Origin: Styela clava
Taxonomy: Eukaryota
Length of the DNA stretch: 64,000 nt
Assembly: GCF_964204865.1 (NCBI RefSeq)
Contig: NC_135254.1
Span: 11,656,001-11,720,000, forward strand
Direction: 5' to 3'
A program made the position numbers and the translations under genes. The notes under the pieces were generated by a model. It worked only from the letters and a program-made list of their open reading frames with translations. It ran no database searches and was not told where the DNA came from. This document shows, in pieces, positions 40,245 to 54,200 of this stretch. Position 1 is the first letter of the stretch, and every line of letters starts with the position of its first letter.

Positions 40245-43200
40245 ATGGCGTCAGAAAGCAAACGGAATATGAAAGTCTTACTGCAATTTTTCGCCATCAT
40301 ATGTTCTCAAGTTACAGTTCAAAGTTGGTATTTTACCATGTATTTAATTTACTATGTTCAATTTTGATAAACTGATCATTGAATTGGATGATTAATTGCT
40401 GGTAGAGCTCATCCCAATTGTTTGTATAGAAAGTTATACACTTCATATCAATTTCATTTGAAACTAGAAATAACAGCACGGGTATAATCATATAAAGAGA
40501 ATGGTAGATTTCTATTTATTACCAAACCTTGCTTTAACTGTCATTGAAGACTAAAATCTTTTCAGACGTCCAAGCCCTATAGTTTCAATATAATTCGAGT
40601 TCCTCGTTGTTGCTTTTTTAAGATCGGGGCATCGTTGAAACCTATTAAACTCAAAAATGTGATGGATATCTTCTCCTTTTAATCGTACCAATACAACCCA
40701 AATACAAGATTTATCAAAAACAATGGAATCAATTGGAATAGCAGAAATATATACTATGCAAATAATTCAACTTGTGGTTCCGTGTATATCACATAGATCC
40801 TCCTAAAATTGAGATGCAATACTTTTAAATTCATGACTAGGTATCGGACATTAAACGCTGTTTCCCAATGACCACAGCACTAGAAATTAGTTACATAGTG
40901 ATCTGTGTCATTGTGTCGAGTTTTTCAAAATATAGAATAGAAAATAGGCTTAATATACCAATGCAAAAGAACAAAGCATATACTGAATTCATGCACACAT
41001 TTGTATTGTCTTTTTCATTCATTCTATGTGGCAGGTTGCACGGACGGACAACTGTATTGTAGCATGTTGGCATCATACTGTCATGAAGATTTCATGTCTA
41101 CGTGTGACATAACGTGTAATAGATGCGGGCAATCGGGTTAGTTTTATATTCAAACAAATTTTTCCACTTCTCAATCCAGTTGAATCAGACTGAGAGTGGA
41201 TATATCGGTCAGCTTAACTATTTTCTACTCCGGGCAAAAAAGAAGATAAAATTCTTTTTATTTCTTGATATTGGTAACTCAATATCATAGAAAAGTTTAA
41301 AATTCGAACACCATGACAAATCGTTATTATTGGTTAATGTTATTCATACAAAAATACTTTTTTCCAAGTTCTTCACCTCCTACAAACAAATTTTATAAAA
41401 ACAAGCTCCAAAATTTTTTTATTAACAAAATCAAGCCGCTTTGTGTCTTATTGTCTGAATACTTTAGAACAAGCATAAATTTTTTTTAGGCTCTTCCGTC
41501 TCAGGTGGAGGTGCTTGGTCGGTTTGCTCCAAACCATGTGGAATTGGTACGAGATATCGTCAAATATCTTCAACAACAGAATATCAGTCTTGCAATATAC
41601 ACGCGTGCCCAAGCATTAGTGAGTATCGATATCTTACACTATCTTTTTATCTTTGTTTATTGGACACGTAGTGGACATAACGATCGTTTCAAAATTTTGT
41701 TGTTATTGGTATTATTTGTCTCCGTCAACACGTTTTGAAGAAATCGCTTTTCTCTTCGAATACTGGACCAATTGCTTTGAAATTTTTTGTGGTTAAAGAT
41801 AAAAATTTTCTCCAGAAGGCTATTACTTTTTTTTACGCTATGACGTCATCAAAATTATGTGACTCTACGTGTTCATATATTTGAGCATAGCTCTCTTGTT
41901 CTGAATAACATTGATGTTTTATCAATTTTTGCTCATTCCCAATGGTTAATATGCTGAATGTTTCTACTGCAATAAGCTAGTTTTGTTTATTTGCCTGGTA
42001 AATACTTATTAAAATTATTCCACCAACGTATGGTACTATTCTGAAAATTTTTTTTGTGCTTCGACTTTGAATCCTCCGATATATACATTGGCTATTATTT
42101 AAAACTATACTATCGTGATCTGGCGAATACAAAATTTCAGGTTGCCCTGCAACGTACCGTTATGGATATCGAGTCGAGAGAGAGCAACGATATGAGCTTC
42201 CCCATTCTTGTTGCGACGTGGATGACTATGCGACTTGCGGAAAATCATTCTTAACTTCAGGTCAACGCGTAACTGGAGGCAAGGATGCATTACGAAAACA
42301 GTGGCCTTGGCTGGTAACAATTATTTGTAGTTTAAGTTGACTGACTTTCACTGTATTTTCAATACAATGACAAAAGCTCTAATTTTATTCACTCTAAGAT
42401 CTAAAGCAAAGATCGGATAAAAATTCATCATATATATATCAGAAAGTGGGGTGAGCCTGTTTTGGCGATCAAATTATTTCCCAGTGCCCCCGTCCTCGCA
42501 CAAGAGTATAAGATATATTACGAACTTGTAGCGACCAACGAAATTCAGTAAAAAATAATTATTTTTACTTTTCAGGTTGCCATGTTTAACCGCCGTTGGA
42601 CTTTACTTTCTGGTGGTACTCTTATTGGTACGCGATATGTACTGACGGCAACTCACAACTTTTTGTAAGTAACGATGCAGAAATGAATTGGTTACAAGTT
42701 TGTACAAATGACAGGTTTACCTACCACAAATTGGGCTACTGCATTGTCCATAATAACTATTGTACTGTTCAATACATTCATAATTTAGCCAAAATTAAAA
42801 AATCTACGAACCACACTAGTTTACCAGTTGCCCTGTACCTACGTGTTCATATGTTTGTACATTGCTTTCCCGTACTGAATTCCATAGCCGCATTAATATT
42901 TATATCGGTCACAATCTCTTTTTAGTGATGGCGATATGATTCCCTACAAGAAAAGTGACTACACTGTATACTTCGGAATGTTGACATTATCTGATACTTA
43001 CACAAACTCGAAGATTTCTCAACTATTCCATTATTCTGGAACAAACTTCAAATTTCCTTACGATGATATAACGATTGTGAAGGTATGAATTAAGTACATT
43101 TAAGGTAAAATATGTTTCCTTTTCAGTCTATGTATGAAGATTTATTTATTCATTTAGTGTATATAATGCTAAAACGCTAAAGTGTTTTTTAAGTATTATT

Positions 43201-44596
43201 GATTCCGAATCGATTTTAATCAGCGTTCATTCAGAGATGACTGAGATCAATGACATTTTATAACTTCAATCAAAAAGTGGTATGAAATGATTGATACGCG
43301 ATAATTTTGGCTTCAGCATTAAACAATAAAATACATTCTCTCTGCAGGTGGCCACTCCTGTCAGATTTTCATCTCTCATCCAGCCTATCTGTTTACCAGG
43401 AGGTGAAGTCACTCCGAAAGATACCACATGCTTCATTGCAGGATGGGGAAGTAAGCGCGTTTGTTTAATATTACAGTATATGAATTTCGAAACGTTATTG
43501 CCAAACTAAACCAATGTCTACTTGGACGCTATTTTAAAATATTGAATAAGCACCTTTGCTTCTTGTAAGTCAATTTGAGCGAAAAATATTTGTGCTGTCT
43601 GGCGGATTAATTGAAAGTCTAATATAAGCTCTCGCTGGTGATGCTAGTTCGTAACTCACCAGAGTAATAAGTACCGATAACAAAAGTAGCCTCCCAGAAC
43701 ACGAAATTTCCGTCAACATAAAGGCGGCGTTTATTCGCTGTGACCTTCACCCTACTCAGTGAAACTGCATATTCAATTTTTCTTTTAATATTGCATGCGA
43801 CTATTTAGACTGGTTGAAGGAAAAAACTTTATTATTAACAAGGCCCTTTACTTTAAAGCAAGACAGACTGACCCTTGGAACTTAAGACTCATAGGGGTCT
43901 TGATATTCAATTTTGAACTATCAATATTTTTCAATCCGTTTTCAAATTTGAGTCGTGTTCCAGAATTTGACCGTTTGCTAAGCAAGTGTTATTTCAAGAA
44001 GATGTTAAAATTCTCCAATTACTATTATGCTTTATATACATAAGGCACTGGCACACCAAACAAGGCGTCGTGGCATCTTCAAGAATTGGGAATTCAAAAT
44101 TTTGATGTGAACGTCTGCAAGACAAAATACAAAAACTATCATGATATGAACCAATACATGCCGTTTCTTAACGCTGGTAGAAAGTACCTCTGTGCCGGCA
44201 GTTTACATCGCTCAGCGGGAAGTTGCGAGGTGAGAATTTTAACCCTTAACCATTTGTCTATGGAAAAATTGAATACGAAAATACTAAAAGATAGCTTGAC
44301 TATAAGCTTACCTATATAAGATTGTGTCTTAAAACAAACTTGGGCAATATCTTTTCTGTGAAAAAAACTTTTTTTTTAAATTTCAGGGAGATAGTGGGGG
44401 TCCACTCATGTGTCAGAAGTGTTCGTCTTGCAGATGGTATTTAGCTGGGATTGTCTCTTTCGGCCTCACCGATTGCACAACATGGGGCGTTCCAAGCATA
44501 TACACAAAGGTGACAGATTACGAGATATGGATCCGCACTATTACACAAGAATCAGCAAGTTCCCCTACCTGCAACTATAATGGAGCGATCCCTTAA
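40245..44596 (+). CDS. Gene D: secreted modular S1 serine protease, SP-ShKT-TSP1-protease (~408 aa, 9 coding exons)
   Basis: Exons 40245-40323, 41035-41136, 41490-41618, 42141-42313, 42576-42664, 42926-43082, 43348-43450, 44045-44229, 44387-44596; 1227 nt, in frame. ShKT CTDGQLYC...CDITCNRC; TSP1 WSVCSKPCGIGTR; QR|VTGG; TATHN, DITIV, GSCE-GDSGGP. The start codon could instead be the second Met at 40269. Confidence 0.88.
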
Positions 44597-45373
44597 AAAT
44601 GATATAGTTGTATACTGACATTTCGTAAAATTTTAAGCAGTACTCAGCAGCAATTCAAGATAATATAATTAAAATTTGTTGTAATTTTTTAGGAATTTAG
44701 TTTTATTCAACTAAAAAATAATTCATGTGCTTTGATATATAAAAATTTTGCATGCATTTCTGAAGACGAAATATCAAATTATCGGTATCAGATTCATTAA
44801 CCCCTATTAAAAGCGTTTTGGAAATTTAAAATGAAAGGTAATACAGATTTGTTTATGCAGGAAGAAATAACTAATACTATTTTACCAGTATTGTTTTGTT
44901 ATCTTGTACCACGCATCAGCCGATAATAGATAATGGTCCAATTGAAACACCATGACAGAAAAAAATCACATATATATTGTATAATTCAAAATTTAAATAT
45001 TAAATTGTAATAGTTTGATATCAAAACGGCGAGGACAGTCAGACAAATGTACGGACTTTGACGTATCGGTAGGAAGTCATAGGCATACGACATAGGTCAA
45101 AATATGTGGGGAGCTGTGAAAATTATTATGTGGTCAATACGGAAACTCGTTCAAGAGCAATGATCCATATCAATTATAAGCAAGCAACCTCGAATGCAAT
45201 CAAAATCTATAACTTGATTTAAGGTAGGTAACAGCAAAGTTTCCACATTTCTTTTAATATAAAAAGTGCACAGTTGGTTTCTTATATTCAAATATTTTTA
45301 ATACAAGTAAAATAATATAAATACTTCACAGCATCATAATCTACATATAAGTAATACAATTTAAACTCACGGT

Positions 45374-48300
45374 ATGAATTCAAGCATGAAAAAATTGTTG
45401 CATCTGCATCTCCTATTTTGGGTGAAATTTGGTAAGTAAATATTAAATCATTTTTGTTTAGGATTCATTATATGTTTAATGCAAGAATCAACAATTTAAA
45501 ATGATAAGAAAACGTGCTATGCAATCTAATGATCAACTATAATATATGGTGCTTGGTTAGTTTTATAGATTTTTATCTCTATGGCAATACGTTAAATTAA
45601 AACAAATCTCAAATCAATGTCAGATTATTAGGTAATAATGATCATAAAAATTTCAAAGGATTTTGTCAAGATATCAACCAAGCAAATGCTTTATTTACCT
45701 GTACTGATGGAACGGTTATCTCTAATGAAAAACGGTGCAATGGAAAATACGAATGTGAGGGAAGAGAGGACGAAAAAAATTGTGGTATGACCAATGGACT
45801 TACTTGCATCATTTCTTTTGTTTAAACTATGACGTAAACTGTGAAAATCAATTTTTATCTGCTTCTCGAAGAGTATTTTGAATCTTATATTCAAGCTCAC
45901 TGAAATAAGTTAATAAAAATAATAATCTTCGTCATTTTATAAATCTTCATTCGAGACTTTCAAAAATGTGGGAAAGTGGAAGCTGGGGAAGCACATCATA
46001 GTATGGTTGAAGCGAAGAAATTATCGGGAAGAATTGTTGGAGGCGAAGATTCACCTGATGGTGCGTGGCCTTGGCAAGCTATAATAACGAGATATTCAAG
46101 TAATAAGCGTGGTGGAACGCCGATTGTAAGTATAACGTATAAATTTAATGATTGTTTTCAAAAATTCCGAAACTTTAAAAAAATGTTAAACAACGAAAAA
46201 CCGAAAAAATGAGTTGAACTTGTTATTGTTGCATATTATCCACTCGTGGTAAAATATACTTAGCAGAAGTCGATTTAAGTAGAGTTTACAAATATCAATG
46301 ACATACATTCCATTCATTTTTTACAATACAATATTGTTGAGGGTATGAAAGACCGATCTGACTGATACGCTAACTACTAATCTGCATTCTTACGGGCAAA
46401 AACAGTATAATATACATATTGTTCTTCAATTTTTCAATACTGACGATGCAATTCAGATGTTCAGCAAGTGGTATATTAAAGGCGGCGGATCCTTGATTGG
46501 CAGTAAATGGGTGATGACTGCGGCGCATTTATTTGGAACAGACGACAACTCACAAGTATGGCTTTCAGACTACGCTGTCACGCTAGGTGAGAAAATTATT
46601 AAATGCACGGGTTCATAATTGTCTCAAAAAATTATAAATGCGGCATCAAGGATTTTCTATAACATATCATAGTGAAATTTGAGTAAACATATATATATAT
46701 ATAAATATATATTTCAAAATTCAGGTATGTCTGAGAGACCAAATACCAATATGGGGGTCGCAGATTTTGTTCAGATGTTTGCACTGCAAGATGTGTATAT
46801 CCATCCAAACTATTCGTATGGAGTTCTTGACAACGACATCGCATTGGTAAGCTAGAGATATTTACCGTAAAGTAAAAAAGATTCTTTTGTTGGTTAAATT
46901 AATACTGATCTGGATTACTGTGCCTTGTCTTCCATTTTGGAGTGAATTCTGTTAGATCTTTGTGTACACTTACACTGCAGTAGAGTTTATGCAAAGATTT
47001 TTATGAAAATATTGCATTCTGCTAGTCTCGCAAAATAGAGCATTCAAAACATAAAATCATCACAATCATGCAATATGCTTCATGTGTCATTAAAATCCAA
47101 AATTGATGCTCTATAAAAATATTTTTGGATAACTTTTGTGAACAATATTAGATTTTATTCATTGATCAGATGTACTTGTTTAAAGCGGTCTATATATCAA
47201 TGCTTTGGTAATCCCTAGTAACTGACATATTAGATTGATTAACCAGTTAGAACAGAATTGTATTGAGAGTCAATTGATTTTACTTTTCAACTCTCCCAAA
47301 TCTCCAAGATAGTACATATGCAAACTCCGATTAGCAATCAAAATTACAAAGATAAAAAGCATTATATTATTGATATTTTACAGATAAAGCTTGGAGCTAG
47401 AATAAACTCAGAATCACTAGCGATTAACGAAAGCGATGCAAATGGTGTAACCTTTACGTATCATGTGAGGCCAGTGTGTTTGCCCTGTCGGGATGAAGAC
47501 CCAAACGGTGAATCAAAGGATGAGAGCTGCCAGCCTGAGGATATCAATGGTTTGTCAAGGTTTTATTTGTAGAAATGAATGGACGTGTGTTTGCAAGGTT
47601 AGAAAAATGTGTATTTTCCAATGGCCACAAGTGCACAAAATCTTTTAGTATATATTATTAGAATTTATTTGACATTCTTTTTATGAATGTGTTGTTTCTA
47701 CATTAGAATCTGAACTGCTAGCTGCTGGTGAAAAAGTTATTGTCACTGGATTTGGCAACATCAAAGGAACAGATCTAACACAAAGAAGACAACAATTTCA
47801 AATTCCGGATCGTCTCCAATATGCCGAACTGAAGCTTGTAGATCAGTACACGTAAAAAAAAATTCTAGTTGCAAAATTTCAATTAATATGGTCATGAAAA
47901 GTTATTACAGCCAATTACAAGCCTTCGTACTATCACAAACCAGCGAGCATATTCAATACAATCCCAAGTAGTGAGAAATTAAGATAGTCTATTTGAAATG
48001 TAGAAATATTTTTTACGGCACTTTTTCTGTGTAGTAATAGGTTCTGCACTATAGCTTTAATATATATATTTTATTTCCAAAGATTGAGTTTTTATGTTTC
48101 TGTCACATAGATGCTGGCTAGGAATCCAAAATATAAACAAACTTACCCATGGAAATATCAGATATTCTGACAATTTTATTTGCTGCAACCCCGCGAAGGT
48201 TAAAAAGAGTATCGATGCTTGTCAGGGAGACAGTGGAGGACCTTTGGTTAAAAAGGTGAGCCTGGGATACTCACAATTGATGTAATTTTGAAAATTCGAT

Positions 48301-48755
48301 ATATTAGTACACTGTGGTATTACTTGACTACATGAGAATGCAGCAATTTTTCACAAATTTAACCAAATTAGCAACTTTTTATTTTGATGTTTGATGGGGA
48401 GTATCAATAAATGCACAAATGTATTAGATTTTCTTTCATTCTAAACCCTTCCTACGTTGGTATGCTAGAATAACGAATCTCTCTACGTTATTACGATCGT
48501 AATTATCAAATTGACTAAATAAATTTCAGAGAAAGTTTACTTCCTTAGCCTACTATCTTGAACGAATACAAAGTTAACTGCAAACTTCAAATTTCACGTA
48601 TATATAAATAGGTGACGAACTCTGAAACGAGTCAATATCGTTGGTTTCAAGTTGGAATCGTGAGTTTTGGATACGGATGTGCACTCAACTATCCTGGATA
48701 TTATATTAACGTTGTGAAATATACAGGATGGATAAACACTATCATGGATTCATAG
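45374..48755 (+). CDS. Gene E1: secreted LDLa-containing trypsin-like serine protease (~401 aa, 9 exons)
   Basis: Exons 45374-45431, 45659-45784 (possible alternative acceptor 45632), 45956-46125, 46457-46586, 46725-46846, 47384-47549, 47707-47851, 48111-48255, 48612-48755; 1206 nt, in frame. LDLa-like FTCTDGTVISNEKRCNGKYECEGREDEKNC; GR|IVGG; TAAH, DIAL, DACQGDSGGP. AATAAA at 48886. Confidence 0.9.
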
Positions 48756-50814
48756 GCTGCAATCATAACTACTTGGACTTGAAGTCCGGAGTTTGTTTAA
48801 CTTTGTCATTGATGAATTGCTTCAAACTGATTTGACTATTTTGCAATTTGTAGATAGTATATATATGAAATCATTTGGTTCAATGAATAAACGTCTCATA
48901 TGATAGTTTTAAATATTAAAACAATTTTCAGCGTTTTGTCTTTAATTCTGTGACAATAAGATGATAGTACACATAGTTGAAGATATTAAAAAACGTAATG
49001 TTCAGTATAATCTCATAAAGGGTATTCGAACTCGTAAATCAAATATTAAATTCCATTGAGAGCTTGGTTGTAAGATCTTTGAAATTGAAAAATACATTTA
49101 TTCTCCATGTTTTTGATGATTTACTTACACGGCAATTGAAAATTAAATCATTTTGACAACATATGCCTTCCAAACACTGCAATATATAGTTGATGCATCT
49201 ATAATTTATTTGCAGCGAATATCTAAATTTGACGACGCTATAGATGATACGTCATTGGTTTGATTTAAATTCCAGCTAAACAATACATTATAGAGATTGT
49301 TTTTTAATTTTTTCTCCGACAAAGGACAAGTTAGCAAGGCATATATATATTTTAGGTAGAAAGTCGGTTGATGGCTGTTTATGGGAATGCAGAAGGAACA
49401 TGCTGCAGCGTGAAACAGTTAACGTCGTGAGAAATTTATTTCTGAGTGGTACAGATCAACACAAAGGCATTTGAAGCCAGTTGCGTTATTTTGCAAACTG
49501 TGAAAATTATGTAGGTGCGTGTCGTATAAACATCATCAAAAGTCACGCAGAAGCGTCGAAATAAGGCTTGATTGAGTCAATCTTTTCTCGCTGTAATTGG
49601 CTGATCAGTGTTAGTTCAAGATGCACCATTTCGGGCATACTTTTATTGTTTCCTACCTCATGAACTAGGAAAAAGTGGGGAAGGTTGGGACACTTTTTTC
49701 TTTTGGATTTTGTGAGCTACGTAATTTTCACATTCATTTGAATTTGTGTCTGTAGTATTTACCCCAGCGACTGAAAAATTTCCCAGTGAAACGCACATTA
49801 CCACCAAAAGTATTTCAGATCTTTTTTTAAAAAATTCCCCAAAACAAATTTTCTGTATTGGCAACATAAAACCACTTCGGGGACATTCGTATCTGAAGAT
49901 TTTGCATTGTAGACTTACTTGTTGAATATTTTAGATCCCTATTATTAAATCTGAAATGAAATCATTGTTTTACCGTTGAATTATACCTAATTTTAACCAA
50001 TTGAAAATGAGTTCGAAACTTTCATTATCGACGATGACTGTTCTTTGTTAAAAAGGCCATAAACATCAAATACGGGGTTTGAGTGCTGTTTAAAAAGAAC
50101 AAATAACGATGGTGGGACTTCATCAATCAAACAATTGTTCACTGCCTCCACTAAAACAAAACCAACATATATATATTACCAAGTATAATTTCTAATTCCG
50201 ACCAAAGACAAAATATTTCCTTTTTGAATCTGAATCACTCTGAAAATTTTTTTTGAATCTAGAATATATTTTATATTGGACCATTGGAAGATACTTTATC
50301 ACCACAAGAAGATACTTTAATATCACACAAAACTATATCAAAAACAAAACTATCTATATGCTTCTAAGCACTTAATGGATCAAACACTGTCAAATTGTGC
50401 CCAGTGGAGCAGGTCCCACTGAACCCCGTTTCATTGTTTTCCATAGGAAAAAATATTATCAGACCATTCCACGTAGAGATTAGGAAAACACATCTCCTCG
50501 CCAACGTTATGAATATTTCACAGTGGACTAAAGCTAAAAAAATACCAGACAGTGGTTTGTCCTCATGGAAAGCCTAAAGTAGAAAAATAAAACTGTGATG
50601 GCCAAAACCAATTTCATCTCATTGCTTGCGTCGCTCTGCACGGTCGCTGCCCGTTTGCTGACGCTGTCAGTTATGTTGTAACTTGCCGAAAGGCGGATTC
50701 AAATATCAAACCGCGGACCTGATTCAGGATATAGTATGAGTATGAGAGTTGAATTTTCACTGTTCCCACTTTCCCCTACTGCATTTAATAACAAAGAATA
50801 CCTTAAAATTTTGG

Positions 50815-50918
50815 CGCTCCTGAAGTATGTGCACCAATAGGGCGCACAACCTAAACCCCAACTTGGTACAACTACTATGGTCAGGTTGTGCGCCATCTTG
50901 GTGCACATATTTCTGGAA
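50815..50918. mobile_element. Palindromic MITE, same family as 3665-3778
   Basis: CTCCTGAAGTATGTGCACCAATAGGGCGCACAACCT ... AGGTTGTGCGCCATCTTGGTGCACATATTTCTGGAAG. Confidence 0.7.
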
Positions 50919-51257
50919 GTTGAAGATTTAAATTGATAAAATTCCACATAAAATCTGACTACAGTATTTAAAAACAGCTTGAATAGCCTAAACATAAGCT
51001 TTTACTGATTAAACCTTAACTGTAAACACTGAGCGAATGAACGAAGACGCCGGCTCATTATGGAGTAGTGCAAAAACCCGGATAAAAGGTAAGTGAAGAT
51101 TTTGTTAAATTCACCTTGTTAACTGTCTCAATTCAGTTCCAGCCCCGAAAGATAATTACAATATCTTATTTGCATTATTATTGTACATGATAATAAAAAT
51201 CAGATTTTATTTACAGTTTCATATCAGCATAATAGTCATCTGTACGACAATCACTCT

Positions 51258-54200
51258 TTATTTGTCACAATAATCGAAAAAATCCGGACAGCAATCTCTT
51301 CTGCTCTGGCAAGACAAGTCACATGAGCAAAGTTCCCCACGAGACAAGCATTTTCCGGAACAAGTCATGCCAGAAACTTAAAATAAAATGGGAAGTAATT
51401 AACACAAAAGACATAAAACGAAAAGAACATAAATTTGCGGCAAAATGAGTTGCATAAATGAATGTAAAATCGGGAGATCCCAGCATAAATCATGACTTTT
51501 CAAATTTATTAAATGTATAGACTGTTGTATGTTGGCTAGTTTTAAATTTTATCTATGAAATTAGGATAATAATATTCATTGTTACGTGCCGAAATGTACT
51601 GTTATGTACTGTGGTACATGAATTCATAGACGCAAACCAGATCGACGTAAAACCTACGTTGTAACACATATTACTTAATGAAAAAGTCTCAAATATAAAA
51701 CGAAAGAACAAATAAATCAAAAATAGACTTAAAAATTGGATAAAATGGCGAATAAATTGTATAAGTGAATAATTTTACTAAGAAATATTTTCCCGATACA
51801 CCACCAAGGTCTCATTATAATCTACTCACCACATGCATACTTCCTGTAATCGCTTGACCATACATTTAAACCTTGGCATGTTATCGTTGGTTGCAAACCA
51901 GGACCAAGAACTTGAGTCTCAATTTGGCAAATTATTTCCAGTTCGTGACCAACAGCAAATTCTACACCGTTCAAACTTCCCCCTGCATGACCCCGTACTG
52001 TAACGTTACCATCCAAAATAGCGCTGTTTATCCAACATCCAACCGCTGAAATGAACATTTATAGTAATTCACGTTAAATATTAATATCGGACATTCAATG
52101 GTGGACTTCATGAAATTTTAGCAACAGGTTGTTTTCGTATCGAATTTTGTGTTTGTATTTTGTATTTTTTTTTATCGAACAACAACAGGTTCCATCATTT
52201 CCGAAAAACATGCTGAACAAATAGCAAAACAATATCGGATTCGCTGATTAGCACGACATTCCAAGAATATCCGTGCGAACCTCCTAATTCCCATCAGGGA
52301 TTTTATTCTTAGAACGTTTTGACGCTTGTCGAAACGTTCTGAAAATGTCAAGTATACCGAATGAAACTTCTCATGGACTAGAATAATAAGCTCAAATTCC
52401 AGTCATTCATTATTGTTCTCGTTATGATTATAAGACAATCAATTGTCCCTATTTGTTATTTTTATTATTGTTTTGTTAGCATATTTACAACAAGATATTT
52501 GAAATTATTAAAATTAATTTGAAATTCAATTTTTAATCACACAAATGTGAAAGAAGACAAATTCTATTTAGAGGGGCAGATTAACGCCACAATTCCATTT
52601 ACATAAAGCAGGAGATATAATCAGAATTCAGCCATTAATCGAATTTACGGTATGGTTGAATATCACTATCCTCGATGAAGGTTTATAAATGGCATCAATA
52701 AATAAATTTTTATTCTTTAAATGATGACTATTATTTACTTAACTCACGCTCGCATGAAACTTTCTCATTCCAACTTCCGTCTTCTAAACATTTGATTTGA
52801 TTACTGCCAGAATGTCTGTGATTAGGCGGGCAATTAGGATACAGCGTCTCGTCTGGATAGAAAACTTTTGCCCGACTGTTAAGGATCATGGTTCCGCGTT
52901 CAACAGATGAAGGAATTCCACATACTTGCACTGAAATAATGATAAAAACAAAGCGCCATTTCACATAAAAGATACACAATTAATAGACTTGAGAAGCTTT
53001 AGTTCATTATTTGCTAAAATAATTCTAATATGATTCTCTTTTATTTATTTACGTCCCATATATTTTGTATCCATTAAACGTGCATAGGTCACAGAATTAT
53101 AAAGTACGTTAAAACATTTAAAAATTACAAACAATCATGTCCACCTTCTATATATTATTAAAATCCCAAACATCATTTTTAATAATCATTATTTTTTATA
53201 TTGTCGAAGAACGCTGCGTGTAAAATCCACGCTTTTGCAATAATAAATTTGTCATCGAATTTTTTCGGCAACTTTTTTGTAAACACGTTTGTGATTACAG
53301 GTAAGGGTGAGTTTTAAAAGAATGTAAAAGTAATGGAGGGCGAAAATATTTTTTTACTGTAGTGTACACCGTATTCTGGTGATTTTGAATATTGGAGATT
53401 TTTAATTTTATACTAGAATTTGTAGTTATTTTTTATTTGTAGTATTATTATACATGATATTTTACTGAATCAATCGATACCGCATTTGAAATCATCCACC
53501 GGTGGATTCCAGTTTTCATTTTCCAGACAAACACTCGAATTAATCAGTTTTTGCAAGCTACGAGAAAATGCGTGTTTGGTGTTATTGACGCACGACATCT
53601 GGAGGATATCGCCGACTTCGTAAGAATCTATGGTTTGCCTTGGTGCTATGACTTTTATTCCTTCGGATAAATTTGTTAAAGAAAGTTGACATCCCAAACC
53701 TGAAAAAGTACAAAATTTTATAAAAAATTATTGCTAATTATAAATATAATATGATTTAATTAGAATTTGATTCACATATACAATTCAAATAACCGTTACT
53801 GCCATTACTATAAAACACTTACGTTCACAACGAGGTAGTTCTGACCAATTTTCATTGGCAAGACACGTTATGATATTGCGACCTACAATACGAAATCCTT
53901 GTTGACATCCAACTATCAAACTATCTCCCAAGAGATATAATAGATGTTTTTCAATATCACCTATTGTCATATGGTCTTTGAGTACGGGGTAGTCGCATCT
54001 CACGACGGGTGGGAGTTCCTCTAAAAATAGTTAGTTTCTATGAGAAAGTGAAAAGCTCAATTCTTATAGTTATGAAGTCAATTTTTGTAATAGTTTACCA
54101 TGTAAAATATTTAATCATCTTCATAAATTATGAACACACAATAATAAAGTATACATTATAGTGTTGTACGTTTATTTTATCTTTATGGAACTCTTCATAC

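Noticed and set aside
43600-43770. Possible tRNA or tRNA-derived SINE in gene D intron 7
   Set aside because: No cloverleaf or convincing A/B boxes could be established by eye.
45374-48755. Naming gene E as factor B, factor I or MASP
   Set aside because: It lacks vWFA/CCP, FIMAC/SRCR and CUB/EGF modules; the resemblance is at motif level only, so no symbol was assigned.
49300-50600. Exon-like stretches between genes E and F, repeated at ~60480-61640
   Set aside because: Some splice-like sites exist, but I could not build a consistent frame or recognise a domain. Similarity between copies only reflects the recent duplication.
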